The notes under the pieces: generated by a model
Told to the model about the DNA's origin: nothing
What the model saw: the letters and a program-made list of their open reading frames with translations, nothing else
The model's database searches: none
Part shown: piece after piece, positions 22,530-35,999 of the stretch
Layout of the letters: each line of letters opens with the position of its first letter
Position numbering within the stretch: position 1 is the stretch's first letter
Position numbers and translations under genes: made by a program
DNA from: an uncultured Candidatus Thioglobus sp.
GTDB taxonomy: Bacteria; Pseudomonadota; Gammaproteobacteria; PS1; Pseudothioglobaceae
NCBI GenBank assembly: GCA_900180385.1
Contig: FXLX01000004.1
Location: 2,166 to 66,165, forward strand
Length of the DNA stretch: 64,000 nucleotides
Direction of reading: 5' to 3'

Positions 22530-23537
22530 ATGGATGAACAGAAAAAACAAGCACTTAAGGTGGCTTTAGCACAGATTGACAAACAGTTTGGCAAGGGTTC
22601 AGTTATGTTCTTGGGTGACGAAGGTGCACAGACAGATATCGAGGCTGTTTCTACCGGTAGTTTAAGTTTGGATATTGCTTTGGGTATTGGTGGCCTACCA
22701 AAAGGCAGGGTGATTGAAATTTATGGCCCAGAATCTTCAGGAAAAACAACCCTGACACTACATGTTATTGCTGAGATGCAAAAGCTTGGCGGTACTGCTG
22801 CATTTATTGATGCTGAGCATGCACTAGATCCGCAATATGCTAAACGCTTAGGTGTTGATACTGATGAGCTTTTAATTTCTCAACCTGATACGGGCGAACA
22901 GGCGTTGGAAATTACCGATATGCTAGTACGTTCGGGCAGTGTTGATATTATTGTTATTGATTCGGTTGCTGCATTAACACCAAAAGCAGAAATTGAAGGT
23001 GAAATGGGTGCATCGCACATGGGCTTGCAAGCTAGATTAATGTCACAAGCGCTAAGAAAGTTAACCTCAAATATTAAGAAAACTAACACCATGGTAATCT
23101 TTATTAATCAATTACGTATGAAGATTGGCGTTATGTTTGGTAACCCAGAAACCACAACAGGTGGTAACGCACTAAAGTTCTACGCTTCAGTGCGTCTTGA
23201 TATTCGTCGTATTGGCGCAATCAAGAAAGGTGATGAAATTCTAGGTAATGAGACACGCGTAAAAGTATTAAAAAATAAAGTCGCACCTCCTTTCAAGCAA
23301 GCTGAATTCCAGATTCTATACAACCAAGGTATTTCTCGTGAAAGTGAAATTATTGATTTGGGTGTTAAGCATGGCTTTGTTGAAAAAGCAGGTGCTTGGT
23401 ATAGTGTTGAAGGTGTTCGAATTGGCCAAGGTAAAGACAACTCACGTGATTACTTGATTGAGCATAAGGAATTAAGCCAAAGTATTGAGGCTAAAATTCG
23501 TGAAAAGCTCATGAGTGACAGTGACGACGCCAAATAA
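22530..23537 (+). CDS. recA: Recombinase RecA
   Basis: [30 protein letters not shown]. Confidence 0.99.
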   Translation: MDEQKKQALKVALAQIDKQFGKGSVMFLGDEGAQTDIEAVSTGSLSLDIALGIGGLPKGRVIEIYGPESSGKTTLTLHVIAEMQKLGGTAAFIDAEHALDPQYAKRLGVDTDELLISQPDTGEQALEITDMLVRSGSVDIIVIDSVAALTPKAEIEGEMGASHMGLQARLMSQALRKLTSNIKKTNTMVIFINQLRMKIGVMFGNPETTTGGNALKFYASVRLDIRRIGAIKKGDEILGNETRVKVLKNKVAPPFKQAEFQILYNQGISRESEIIDLGVKHGFVEKAGAWYSVEGVRIGQGKDNSRDYLIEHKELSQSIEAKIREKLMSDSDDAK

Positions 23538-23952
23538 GAAAAAATGTTATGCAGCTGCAATGCGACTGCTGGTCAGGCGCGAGCATTCGGTTTTTGAGTT
23601 AAGACAAAAGCTTACTATCAAAGAATTCGATGAGGATGATATTGAATCGTCGATCGATACCTTGATAGAGAAAAACTATCAAAGTGATGTGCGATTTTCA
23701 GCTGATTTTATTCAAATGCGTTTTAATCAGGGCAAAGGTCCAATTAAGATTATCGTTGAGTTAAAACAGCGCGGTATTGATCAGTTTGATTTATCAGGCT
23801 ATGATTTTTATACATTAGCACGTAATATACGCGAACGTAAATTTGGTAAACAAGTGCCAATCGACTTTAAAGAAAAAGCCAAACAGCAGCGTTTTTTACA
23901 ATCAAGAGGATTTAATTTTGAGCACATCAGTGAATCATTTAAAACCGCATAA
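23515..23952 (+). CDS. recX: Regulatory protein RecX
   Basis: [24 protein letters not shown]; overlaps the recA end. Confidence 0.92.
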   Translation: MTVTTPNKKKCYAAAMRLLVRREHSVFELRQKLTIKEFDEDDIESSIDTLIEKNYQSDVRFSADFIQMRFNQGKGPIKIIVELKQRGIDQFDLSGYDFYTLARNIRERKFGKQVPIDFKEKAKQQRFLQSRGFNFEHISESFKTA

Positions 23953-23962
23953 ATTGCTGTCC

Positions 23963-24308
23963 ATGCGTTCGCCACTGTATATTAAGTATCCGAATGGGGA
24001 GGTGCGTGTTATTGAAAATCTATTTCAACATCCTCAAGGAGTATTGTATTTTGAACTTTTCTGGGAAAAAGATCCGACTTATAGTATTCATTTGATTGAA
24101 GGTGAGATAACTGGAGATGGCCCTTGGAAAGTAGGTGATTGCTCGTTTCATATTTTAGGGTGTAATCATACGCATCCACAAATGTGTGAAATGCACTCCT
24201 TTTGGCAGCAAGAGTTATTGCAAAATCCAGGCAAATTTCGAGGTAATGAAATTGTAGAAATTGCACTTGAAAAAGGCGCTATCGTGCCAGAAGATCACCC
24301 AATGAACG

Positions 24309-24322
<14 letters not shown>
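23963..24322 (+). CDS. Hypothetical protein with a His/Cys cluster
   Basis: ORF (likely ATG 23963) with GCNHTHPQMCEMH; overlaps the ABC transporter start by 14 nt. Confidence 0.7.
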
Positions 24323-27223
<2,901 letters not shown>

Positions 27224-27225
27224 TC

Positions 27226-27591
27226 ATGAGTCAAAATTTATTGTTTTTTGTTGATGAGGGTGGCTTTGAAGACTTTACCCCAATGTTTGTCGAGCAAGGA
27301 TTTAAGGTTGATTTTGAAGATTCTCAGCGTAAGGCAACAAAGTTGGCTAAGAAAAATAACTATCAAGTACTAGTGGCAGAGTTTAGTCATAATCCTGAAT
27401 TTAGAGATAGAGTGAGCAACATTGAGTCTTTACTCGCAACTTTAGAAGGTAACTCACCTCAAGCCAAAATCGTGATTTTATATGATGAGCTTAACCAGCC
27501 TCAGCTGGATCAATTAAAAGCTCGATATAGAATGGATGTAATGCTAAAATTTCCTATTGATGAAGCATTGTTGCGTCAAGCGATTGGCTAG
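27226..27591 (+). CDS. Atypical single-domain receiver-like protein
   Basis: Receiver-like beta/alpha pattern (FFVDE, VLVAEF, LKFP); Glu where the phospho-Asp would be expected. Confidence 0.55.
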   Translation: MSQNLLFFVDEGGFEDFTPMFVEQGFKVDFEDSQRKATKLAKKNNYQVLVAEFSHNPEFRDRVSNIESLLATLEGNSPQAKIVILYDELNQPQLDQLKARYRMDVMLKFPIDEALLRQAIG

Positions 27592-29422
27592 TTGCTTGCT
27601 TGTTAAAGTAAACATCAAGCACTTGACGCGCTAATGGCGCTGCTTTTGAGCTACCACTACCTGCATTTTCAACAATAATGGCAATGGCAATCTGAGGGTT
27701 TTCAATCGGCGCAAAGCCAGTAAAGAGTGCATGATCACGTAGCTTTTCTTCATACTTTTCAGCAATGTATTGCTCTTCAGCATCCAAGCCAAAAACTTGG
27801 GCGGTTCCTGTTTTTCCAGCTAAGGTATAGGTCAAGCCTTTGTTAAGTTTTCTAGCTGTGCCTTTGGGTGCATAAATGGTCATTTTCATGCCATCAATAA
27901 CATCTTCCCAGTTGTGAATATCTTTAATGGGTATTTGTTTACTGTGCTTGTTATCTATTGCCACAATCGAGCTTCCTGGAGTTTGAGTGGCTCTAAGTAG
28001 TGTTGGCTGAAATATCTGGCCCTTATTGGCAAGTGCGGCGGTAGCAACGGCAAGTTGCAATGGGCTAGATGTCATAAATCCTTGACCAATACCAGCAATT
28101 AGGGTTTCGCCTCGGTACCAAGGCTCGCCTCGATTAATTTTTTTCCAAGATTTCGAGGGCATGATGCCGCCTTTTTCGCCAGGGATATCAATCCCTGTTT
28201 TACGACCAAAGTTAAACAAAACTAAATTTTTGTGTAATTGATCAATGCCCATTTTATCGGCCAAATCATAAAAGAATACATCACAAGATTGCGCAATTGA
28301 ATCTTTGACATCGACATGACCATGACCAGTGCGTTTCCAGTCATTAAATTTTCGCTTGAAATTTGGAAGCTTGTAATAGCCTGGACAAAATGTTTTGCTT
28401 TTATTGGTAATAATGCCTTCTTCAAGACCCGCTAATGCAACCATAGGCTTAATGGTTGATCCAGGTGGGTAAAGCCCTTGAATGGCACGATTAAGCTGAG
28501 GGATGTCTTTAGAGGTTTGTAATAGTTTATAGTTGGCATGAGAAATACCATTAACAAACCAATTTGGATTGTAAGTTGGCGTACTAACCAAAGTTAACAC
28601 CTCGCCATTGGTTACATTAACCACAACAATAGAGCCGCGCTTACCTTTAAGTACAGATTCAGCTTTTTTCTGCATGTCCAGGTCAAGACTTAAATACAAG
28701 TTCTTGCCAGAAACGGCAGGTGTAATTATTTTGGTATCGACAATACGGCCACTTACATTGCGCTCAATTTGTTTAACACCAGTTTGTCCGTGTAGAAGGG
28801 TTTCATATTGCTTTTCAATGCCAACTTTACCGACAAATAAAGTGCCTGAATAATTTTCTTTATCGTATAGTAGTGTATCTTTTTTGTTCATTCTAGAAAC
28901 GTAGCCAAGTGCATGTACGCCAGAAGAATCGTGTGGATAGACACGATGAAAATACGATTCAATGTCCACACCTGGAAACTGATTGCTAACTAAAAATTCA
29001 GCTACTTTGACTTTATTTAGGTTGTACTTAATGGGAATGTTGTGGAATTGTCGAAAACGCTTTCTATTTTTGTAATAAGTTTTAATATCTTCATCGTCAA
29101 TTAACCCAAACTTTTTCAGCTGAAGTAACGTTTTACTGATATTTTTAACCTTTTCAGGGGTGAGTGTGAGTTGATAGGTTAGTTCATTAGTTGCTAAAAT
29201 TTGACCATTTCGATCAAAAATTTTGCCCCGATTTGGCACAATGGGCAAACTACGCATTTGATTGCCAAGCGCCTCTTCTTGATAGAAGTCATGATTTACT
29301 ACTTGAAGATTGTAGATGCGTATGAGCAGTGTTGAAGCAAGCAGGAAGATGAAAATTAATGCCAGCTTTAATCGTGATGATAAAAGTGAGCTTTCAAGGT
29401 GAGGATTGCCAATACTATCCAT
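27554..29422 (-). CDS. mrdA: Penicillin-binding protein 2
   Basis: YPPGSTIK (SxxK), SCD (SxN-like), KTGTAQ; follows mreBCD. Confidence 0.95.
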   Translation of the reverse strand: MDSIGNPHLESSLLSSRLKLALIFIFLLASTLLIRIYNLQVVNHDFYQEEALGNQMRSLPIVPNRGKIFDRNGQILATNELTYQLTLTPEKVKNISKTLLQLKKFGLIDDEDIKTYYKNRKRFRQFHNIPIKYNLNKVKVAEFLVSNQFPGVDIESYFHRVYPHDSSGVHALGYVSRMNKKDTLLYDKENYSGTLFVGKVGIEKQYETLLHGQTGVKQIERNVSGRIVDTKIITPAVSGKNLYLSLDLDMQKKAESVLKGKRGSIVVVNVTNGEVLTLVSTPTYNPNWFVNGISHANYKLLQTSKDIPQLNRAIQGLYPPGSTIKPMVALAGLEEGIITNKSKTFCPGYYKLPNFKRKFNDWKRTGHGHVDVKDSIAQSCDVFFYDLADKMGIDQLHKNLVLFNFGRKTGIDIPGEKGGIMPSKSWKKINRGEPWYRGETLIAGIGQGFMTSSPLQLAVATAALANKGQIFQPTLLRATQTPGSSIVAIDNKHSKQIPIKDIHNWEDVIDGMKMTIYAPKGTARKLNKGLTYTLAGKTGTAQVFGLDAEEQYIAEKYEEKLRDHALFTGFAPIENPQIAIAIIVENAGSGSSKAAPLARQVLDVYFNKQATSQSLDATMLHQ

Positions 29423-29424
29423 AG

Positions 29425-29895
29425 CTACTGGTGTTTACATTTGCTTAGTAGGAGTCTTACAACTGGCCAAGCAATTGCACTGGTTAATGGTGACAATAAC
29501 AAATAGTAATTATCATTAAAGCCATGTATTAATACATGTATTGCAAAGAAAAGGCAGAAGTAAATACTGCTAGCGAAAAATATATAAACTTGTTGAGTGC
29601 TTAAATTAGACACAAAGAAAGATTGCTTAACTTTGTTAATAAATAGACTGGCTAAAATTAATGCCAAGGCGTTTTGTCCTAGAATATCCCCTTGTAAGAT
29701 ATCTAATAACGTGCCTAATATTAATGCAGTAAAAAGACTGCCTCGAACTGGGAAGTAGATTAGCCAATAGCTAAACAATAAAAGCATCCAAAAGGGTGAA
29801 CTATCAAGAACGGCTTCATTAAAGGGTAATGCACTAAGAATAAGTGAGAATAAGGTTATTTTGATTAAGAAAAGGTAAGGTCGTTGAGTATTCAT
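29425..29895 (-). CDS. mreD: Rod shape-determining protein MreD
   Basis: Hydrophobic, GTLLDILQGDILGQNAL; operon position. Confidence 0.88.
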   Translation of the reverse strand: MNTQRPYLFLIKITLFSLILSALPFNEAVLDSSPFWMLLLFSYWLIYFPVRGSLFTALILGTLLDILQGDILGQNALALILASLFINKVKQSFFVSNLSTQQVYIFFASSIYFCLFFAIHVLIHGFNDNYYLLLSPLTSAIAWPVVRLLLSKCKHQ

Positions 29896-30689
29896 TGTTG
29901 ATCCAAAATGATGACAAACTCCAAGTTTTGAGTTTTTTGAATGGGCTCCAATACAATGCGCAAAAACGATTCATCTACATGGTGCTCAACATGAGTAACT
30001 TTTCCCAATGGATAGCCATCTGGAAATTTTCCGCCCAGAGCACTGGTGAGAAAAATATCATCAATTTGAATATCTAAATCAGATTCAATAAATTTGACCC
30101 GCGTTAGAAATTGATTTTCAGCCACACCCTGGCTAATACCCTGAATACCATTTCTAGAATTTTTAACTGGTATATGCTGAGTTGGGTCGCTTACCATTAA
30201 GATGCTAGCGTTAGTGGGCGTCACTTCGATAATTTGGCCAACAACACCATTGGCGCCTAATGCCACTTGTCCAATTTTTAAATGCTCATTACTACCTTTG
30301 TTAATGGTGATTTGTTTTTTTAATCGAGAGCGACTAACTTGTTCAATTCTAGCGGTAGTAAATGTCCTTTGTTGTAATGTGTAGCTCGACTCAAGTAAGG
30401 CATTGAGTTTTTTATTTTCTAAGATTAATGCGTCAGTTTGTTGCAGTCTAGCATGAAGCTCCAACAGTTCAGAATTTAGATTTCGTTTGTCATTTAGAAG
30501 CTGATCTTTAGAAGTGCCTTGTTCATTAATCCAGATGTAGAGTTTTCCTGGCAAGCTAACACCCATATAAATGGGTGATATTAGCGTTGCAACATTTTGC
30601 CTTAGTTGGTTTAAATAAGCAAACTTATAATCAAACAGAATTAAAAATATGGCAACAATAACTGGGATAAAAATTTTAAAAAAGTTCAT
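29892..30689 (-). CDS. mreC: Rod shape-determining protein MreC
   Basis: N-terminal TM, coiled coil, GVVGQI, GGKFPDGYPLG. Confidence 0.92.
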   Translation of the reverse strand: MNFFKIFIPVIVAIFLILFDYKFAYLNQLRQNVATLISPIYMGVSLPGKLYIWINEQGTSKDQLLNDKRNLNSELLELHARLQQTDALILENKKLNALLESSYTLQQRTFTTARIEQVSRSRLKKQITINKGSNEHLKIGQVALGANGVVGQIIEVTPTNASILMVSDPTQHIPVKNSRNGIQGISQGVAENQFLTRVKFIESDLDIQIDDIFLTSALGGKFPDGYPLGKVTHVEHHVDESFLRIVLEPIQKTQNLEFVIILDQQ

Positions 30690-30721
30690 TGTTTTTTATT
30701 CTGATTGGCTGACAATTTTAT

Positions 30722-31753
30722 TTATTCGGCTGCCAAGAATCCCGTGTTGTGTTTACTGATCATATCAAGAGCAACACCACCACCACGTGCAACACATGTT
30801 AATGGATCATCAGCAATACGCACTGGTAAGTTGGTTTCTTGATTGATAAGTTTATCAAGACCATCTAATAAAGCACCACCACCCGTTAGTACTAAGCCAT
30901 TTTCAGCAATATCAGAGCTTAACTCAGGTGGCGTTTTTTCTAGTGCTGTTCTTACAGAGCTAATAATAGTTTTTAGCGGCTCTTGTAATGCTTCAAGAAT
31001 TTCTGTATTGGTGATTTCAAGACTAACTGGAATGCCTTTGGCAACATCTCTACCTCTGAACCCAATCTTTTTAACCGCACTGCTTTTAAAGGCTGAGCCC
31101 ACTTTCTCTTTGATTTGTTCTGCCGTAGCAGGGCCAATAATGATGCCGTACTCTCTACGTACAAATCTAACAATGGTATCGTCAAATACATCTCCACCAA
31201 CACGCAATGAGTCAGAGTACACAATGCCATTTAAAGACATAATGGCAATTTCTGTTGTACCACCGCCAATATCGATCACCATCGCGCCAGAAGCTTCTTC
31301 AATTGCCATACCAGCACCAAGTGCTGCAGCCATTGGCTCTTCAATTAAATATACATCACGCGCACCTGCGCCAACCGCACTTTCTTTAATAGCACGACGT
31401 TCAACTTGAGTGGCACCACAAGGAACACAAATTAGTACCTTTGGGCTGGGTGAGAAAAAACCAGAGCGCAATACTTTACGAATGAAATGTTGTAGCATTT
31501 TTTCAGTGACTTTAAAGTCAGCAATAACACCATCTTTCATTGGACGAATTGCCTCGATTGAGCCAGGTGTTCTGCCCAGCATATTTTTAGCATCTTGACC
31601 AACAGCAATAACAGTAGCCTCCATTGAGCCTCTGTCATGGCGAATGGCCACCACTGAGGGCTCGTTTAGGACGATCTGACCATCCATATAAATGAGCGTA
31701 TTAGCGGTGCCTAAATCAATTGAAAGACTTCGGGCTTTGAAAAAATCAAACAT
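30722..31753 (-). CDS. mreB: Actin-like MreB
   Basis: [23 protein letters not shown]. Confidence 0.98.
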   Translation of the reverse strand: MFDFFKARSLSIDLGTANTLIYMDGQIVLNEPSVVAIRHDRGSMEATVIAVGQDAKNMLGRTPGSIEAIRPMKDGVIADFKVTEKMLQHFIRKVLRSGFFSPSPKVLICVPCGATQVERRAIKESAVGAGARDVYLIEEPMAAALGAGMAIEEASGAMVIDIGGGTTEIAIMSLNGIVYSDSLRVGGDVFDDTIVRFVRREYGIIIGPATAEQIKEKVGSAFKSSAVKKIGFRGRDVAKGIPVSLEITNTEILEALQEPLKTIISSVRTALEKTPPELSSDIAENGLVLTGGGALLDGLDKLINQETNLPVRIADDPLTCVARGGGVALDMISKHNTGFLAAE

Positions 31754-31843
31754 AAAAATTCCTGATTAATTATTGATGAAATAAAGAGATATAATACTAT
31801 AAATTATTGGCGAAAATACAACAATCCTAAAGGCGGTACAAAT

Positions 31844-33337
31844 ATGAAAATTCAGCAAGAACACGTGATTGAGAGTGTTTTCAATGCATTGCAATATATT
31901 TCGTATTACCATTCGCCTGACTTTATTCAGGCTATGACAAAAGCCCATGAAAAAGAAACGCACGATTCAGCTAAAAATGCCATTGCACAGATTTTAATTA
32001 ACTCAAAAATGGCAGCATTGGGCAGGCGTCCGTTATGCCAAGATACAGGTATTGTTAATGTCTTTGTTGAAGTAGGTATGGATATTTCTTGGGAGGCGAA
32101 TTTATCTTTGGATGAAATGATTAATGAAGGGGTTAGACGCGCCTTTACTTTTGAAGATAATCCACTACGCGCATCAATTGTCAAAGACCCTCTATTTTCA
32201 AGAGAAAACACCAAAGACAACACGCCGGCAGTTATTCACCATAAAGTGGTCAAAGGAAATAAGCTTAATATCATTGTTGCAGCGAAAGGTTGTGGCTCTG
32301 AAAATAAAGCTAAATTTGCCATTTTAAATCCTTCTGAAAGTGTAACCGATTGGGTGCTTGATATGATTCCGACCATGGGTGCAGGTTGGTGTCCACCCGG
32401 TGTTATCGGTATTGGTATCGGCGGTACGGCTGAAAAGGCCATGCTTATGGCAAAAGAAAGTTTACTTAATCCAATTGATATTGTCGATATTGCACAAAAA
32501 ACCAACCCGACCAATATCGAAAAAATGCGACTAGAATTGTTAGAAAAAATTAACAAACTTGGTATTGGTGCTCAAGGCTTAGGTGGTTTAACCACGGTAC
32601 TCGATGTGAAAATTAAAGATTACCCAACGCACGCCGCCTCTCAAACGGTTGCCATGATTCCAAATTGTGCAGCGACACGTCACCTGCATTTTTCATTGGA
32701 TGGCTCAGGCGTGGCACAACTACCTAAAGTAGATATGGATATTTACCCTGATTTAGAGATGGACTATTTAGCCTATAAAAAAGTTGATTTAAACTCACTC
32801 ACTCGCGAACAAATGTTTGATTGGAATATTGGTGACACTTTACTACTAACTGGCACTATTATTACTGGTCGTGATGCAGCACACGCAAGACTTAAAAAAA
32901 TGCTTGATAATGGCGAAGGCCTACCTGAAGGCGTGGATTTTGATAATAAATTTATTTATTATGTTGGTCCAGTAGATGCAGTGGGTGATGAAGTGATTGG
33001 TCCTGCCGGTCCAACAACGGCCACTCGAATGGATCGATATACTGACATGATGTTTGAAAATACCAACATTCTAGGCATGATTGGTAAAGCAGAACGCGGC
33101 GAACAGACGGTTGCTAGTATTAAAAAACACAAGGCTAGCTATTTAATTGCAGTCGGCGGTGCAGCCTATTTAATTGCTAAATCTATTAAAAAAGCCAAAA
33201 AAATCGCTTTTGCAGAAATGGATATGGAAGCAATCTACGAATTTGAAGTGGAAAATATGCCAGTAACCGTAGCGGTGAATAGTGATGGAAAAAACATTCA
33301 CAGCATCTTTCAAGATATCCAAGTAAAGTATAATTAG
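31844..33337 (+). CDS. Class I (Fe-S) fumarate hydratase
   Basis: PLCQDTG, GAGWCPPG, PNCAATRH, GPTTATRMD. Confidence 0.93.
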   Translation: MKIQQEHVIESVFNALQYISYYHSPDFIQAMTKAHEKETHDSAKNAIAQILINSKMAALGRRPLCQDTGIVNVFVEVGMDISWEANLSLDEMINEGVRRAFTFEDNPLRASIVKDPLFSRENTKDNTPAVIHHKVVKGNKLNIIVAAKGCGSENKAKFAILNPSESVTDWVLDMIPTMGAGWCPPGVIGIGIGGTAEKAMLMAKESLLNPIDIVDIAQKTNPTNIEKMRLELLEKINKLGIGAQGLGGLTTVLDVKIKDYPTHAASQTVAMIPNCAATRHLHFSLDGSGVAQLPKVDMDIYPDLEMDYLAYKKVDLNSLTREQMFDWNIGDTLLLTGTIITGRDAAHARLKKMLDNGEGLPEGVDFDNKFIYYVGPVDAVGDEVIGPAGPTTATRMDRYTDMMFENTNILGMIGKAERGEQTVASIKKHKASYLIAVGGAAYLIAKSIKKAKKIAFAEMDMEAIYEFEVENMPVTVAVNSDGKNIHSIFQDIQVKYN

Positions 33338-33342
33338 CACTT

Positions 33343-33682
33343 GAAGTTGGTCGGATAGTCGCTGGTGGGTTTTCTCATCAGAGGAAAGTCCGGGCTCCAT
33401 AGAGCAAAGTGCTAGCTAACAGCTAGGTAGGGTGACCTAATGGAAAGTGCTGCAGAGATTTAAACCGCCTATTTCGATAGGTAAGGGTGAGAAGGTGCGG
33501 TAAGAGCGCACCGCGCGGGAGGTAACAACCGTGGCAAGGTAAACCCCACTTGGAGCAAGCTCAAATAGGCTACCATTGATGCGGCTCGCATAAGGTAGCG
33601 GGTAGAGTGCTAAAGTGTGTTGGTGACAATACACGTAGATGAATGACTATCTATTACAGAACCCGGCTTACAGACTGACTTC
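33343..33682 (+). ncRNA. rnpB: RNase P RNA (type A)
   Basis: GAGGAAAGTCCGGGCTCC near the 5' end, ACAGAACCCGGCTTA near the 3' end, GGTAAAC...GGAGCAAG; P1 pairing GAAGTTGGTC/GACTGACTTC. Confidence 0.97.
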
Positions 33683-33700
33683 ACCTCTTTTTTCTTCGTC

Positions 33701-33800
33701 TTTTTCCTTCCTACTGCGTTAAATTTTAAAAATACTCGGTCACATGGTTGAATCCATGCTCCTTCCTATTTCTAAAATTTGCCTTGTAGGTAGAAAAAAA
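33701..33800. repeat. ~100-bp imperfect palindromic (MITE/REP-like) element
   Basis: Nested inverted repeats CCTAC/GTAGG, AAATTTTAAAAAT/ATTTCTAAAATTT and CATGG/CCATG. Confidence 0.55.
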
Positions 33801-33959
33801 TACTCGAAAAAAACTACTTTCACTTTACTTTTTACACTCATTCAGTCATATAATTGACTTGTATTCCTTTAATTTTCTGAAGCCGCCTTACAGAAAAAAA
33901 CAAAATTCTCATAAAAAATACCCAGTATAATTTTAGCTATTTTGTTGTAGAATAGACTT

Positions 33960-34226
33960 ATGAGGGTAAATATCCAAATATTGTTTATGGGTTTTTTGGC
34001 TTTATCGGTTAATGTATTTGCCGATAAAGAGATTTTTTACATGGATGATAAAGTTACGATCTATACGGATAATACGGTTGTGCAAACGGGCAAAAAAACC
34101 GCACCTGTGTTTAAAGCATCGAGCACTTGGGTTGAAGAGGATTACTTTACTCAGCAGGAAAAATACTGCGAAGTGGATTCAATTTATTCTAAAAAACTCA
34201 AACAGAGCTTACTTAAAAACCGCTAA
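33960..34226 (+). CDS. Hypothetical exported protein
   Basis: 88-aa ORF with signal peptide (..VNVFA|DK). Confidence 0.6.
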   Translation: MRVNIQILFMGFLALSVNVFADKEIFYMDDKVTIYTDNTVVQTGKKTAPVFKASSTWVEEDYFTQQEKYCEVDSIYSKKLKQSLLKNR

Positions 34227-35508
34227 ATCCGTACCATGCTGGAAAGATAATAATGCTGGCTAGGACGCTGACTTGTATCACAATAAAAGGCATAACCCCT
34301 TTGTAAATGTCGGTTGTTTTAATGGAAGCGGGTGCCACACCTTTGAGATAAAACAAGCTAAATCCAAACGGCGGCGTTAAGAAAGAGGCTTGTAAATTCA
34401 TCGCAATTAAAATCGCAAACCATTGCATATCAATACCCAAAGATAAAGCAATCGGATAAAAAATCGGCACGATAATGAGCGATATTTCTACAAAGTCAAT
34501 GAAGAATCCTAGGATAAGAATAATGAGCATTGAAATCAAAATAAAACTCATTTCTTTAGCTGGCAAACTCATTATGAATTCTTCAAGAACTGTATCACCT
34601 CCAGTATAAGTAAATACCATTGAAAATGCGGTTGCACCCACCAAAATGGCAAATACCATTGAAGTAACTTTAACCGTTTCAATGCTAGTTTCTCGCACCA
34701 TATTCCAATTAAGTCGCTTGTAGATAAGTGCTAAAACCAATGAACCGACAGCACCAATAGAGGCAGATTCGGTTGGTGTAGCAATGCCAGTAAAAATCGA
34801 ACCTAACACTGCAATAATCAGCGTTAATGGCGGAACGATAGCCTTAGCTACCAAGAGATATTTTTGAGCACTTGATAAATGACTGTTTTTAATATCAAAA
34901 GCAGGAGCGGCGGTTTTATCAAAATAAGCAACAATTAATACATACAAAATATAACTACTCACTAACACCAGAGATGGTATTACTGCGCTACGAAATAAAT
35001 CCCCCACTGGCACACCTAATACATCCGCCAGGATGATTAAGACAATTGATGGTGGGATAATTTGCCCAAGCGTACCTGAAGCGCAAATAACACCAGTTGA
35101 AAGTGTTTTTTTGTAGTTATGCTTGAGCATAACGGGTAGTGAAATTACACCCATTGCAATCACACTTGCGCCTACTACGCCGGTTGACGCTGCAAGTAAC
35201 GAGCCCACTAAGATGGTAGATACAGCCAAGCCACCCCGAATACCACCAAATAAATCTCCCATGGCTTCAAGCAGTTGCTCGGCGAGGCGAGTTTTTTGTA
35301 AAACAATACCCATAAAAATAAACAAAGGTACCGCCATTAAAATGGTATTTTGCATCACACTCATAATGCGATACGGCATAAAACCAAATAGATCAATGCC
35401 TTCAGTCAGCGTGCCGAAAATTACCGCTACACCAGCAAAAGTAAATGCCACTGGAAAGCCCACCATGAGTAACATAAGCGTTACCCCAAACATGATTAAT
35501 CCAATCAT
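34213..35508 (-). CDS. TRAP transporter large permease DctM
   Basis: SGTLGQIIPPS, TPTES, FLTPPFG. Confidence 0.93.
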   Translation of the reverse strand: MIGLIMFGVTLMLLMVGFPVAFTFAGVAVIFGTLTEGIDLFGFMPYRIMSVMQNTILMAVPLFIFMGIVLQKTRLAEQLLEAMGDLFGGIRGGLAVSTILVGSLLAASTGVVGASVIAMGVISLPVMLKHNYKKTLSTGVICASGTLGQIIPPSIVLIILADVLGVPVGDLFRSAVIPSLVLVSSYILYVLIVAYFDKTAAPAFDIKNSHLSSAQKYLLVAKAIVPPLTLIIAVLGSIFTGIATPTESASIGAVGSLVLALIYKRLNWNMVRETSIETVKVTSMVFAILVGATAFSMVFTYTGGDTVLEEFIMSLPAKEMSFILISMLIILILGFFIDFVEISLIIVPIFYPIALSLGIDMQWFAILIAMNLQASFLTPPFGFSLFYLKGVAPASIKTTDIYKGVMPFIVIQVSVLASIIIFPAWYGFSGF

Positions 35509-35999
35509 GTACTTTCTCCTTTGAGGTTTTTGTAATTATCATGTGCAAAAATAAAGCCAGAAATAATCACCAAAATAAAACTCAAAGGAATAACACTCTT
35601 AATAATAAAACGGTGTGTTAATCCGCCTGGATCACCACTAATTTCACCAATCTCAAAAGCATTGAAAGAATAACCAATGCCGTAATAGGCAACTAATAAA
35701 CTAATGGGTAGAATAAAAATAACAAAGCCAGTTATATTGATGAGGGCTTGTTTTTTTTGTGTAAGGTTGGCATAAAAAATATCGACTCGTACATGCGTAT
35801 CACTTTGCAATGTGTATGAAATTCCGAGTAAAAAAAGCGTAGAAAATAGGTGCCATTCCATTTCCTGCAAGGCGATAGATGAATTATTAAAGACGTAACG
35901 AAGTACGACGTCAATAAAGACATTAAAGATGGTCAATAGTAACAACCCGACGGTTAGATTTTCTAGCCATCGGGTGTATATTGATCGAATCTTAGTCAC
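35505..35999 (-). CDS. TRAP transporter small permease DctQ
   Basis: LQEMEWHLF, HVRVDIFY. Confidence 0.92.
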   Translation of the reverse strand: MTKIRSIYTRWLENLTVGLLLLTIFNVFIDVVLRYVFNNSSIALQEMEWHLFSTLFLLGISYTLQSDTHVRVDIFYANLTQKKQALINITGFVIFILPISLLVAYYGIGYSFNAFEIGEISGDPGGLTHRFIIKSVIPLSFILVIISGFIFAHDNYKNLKGEST

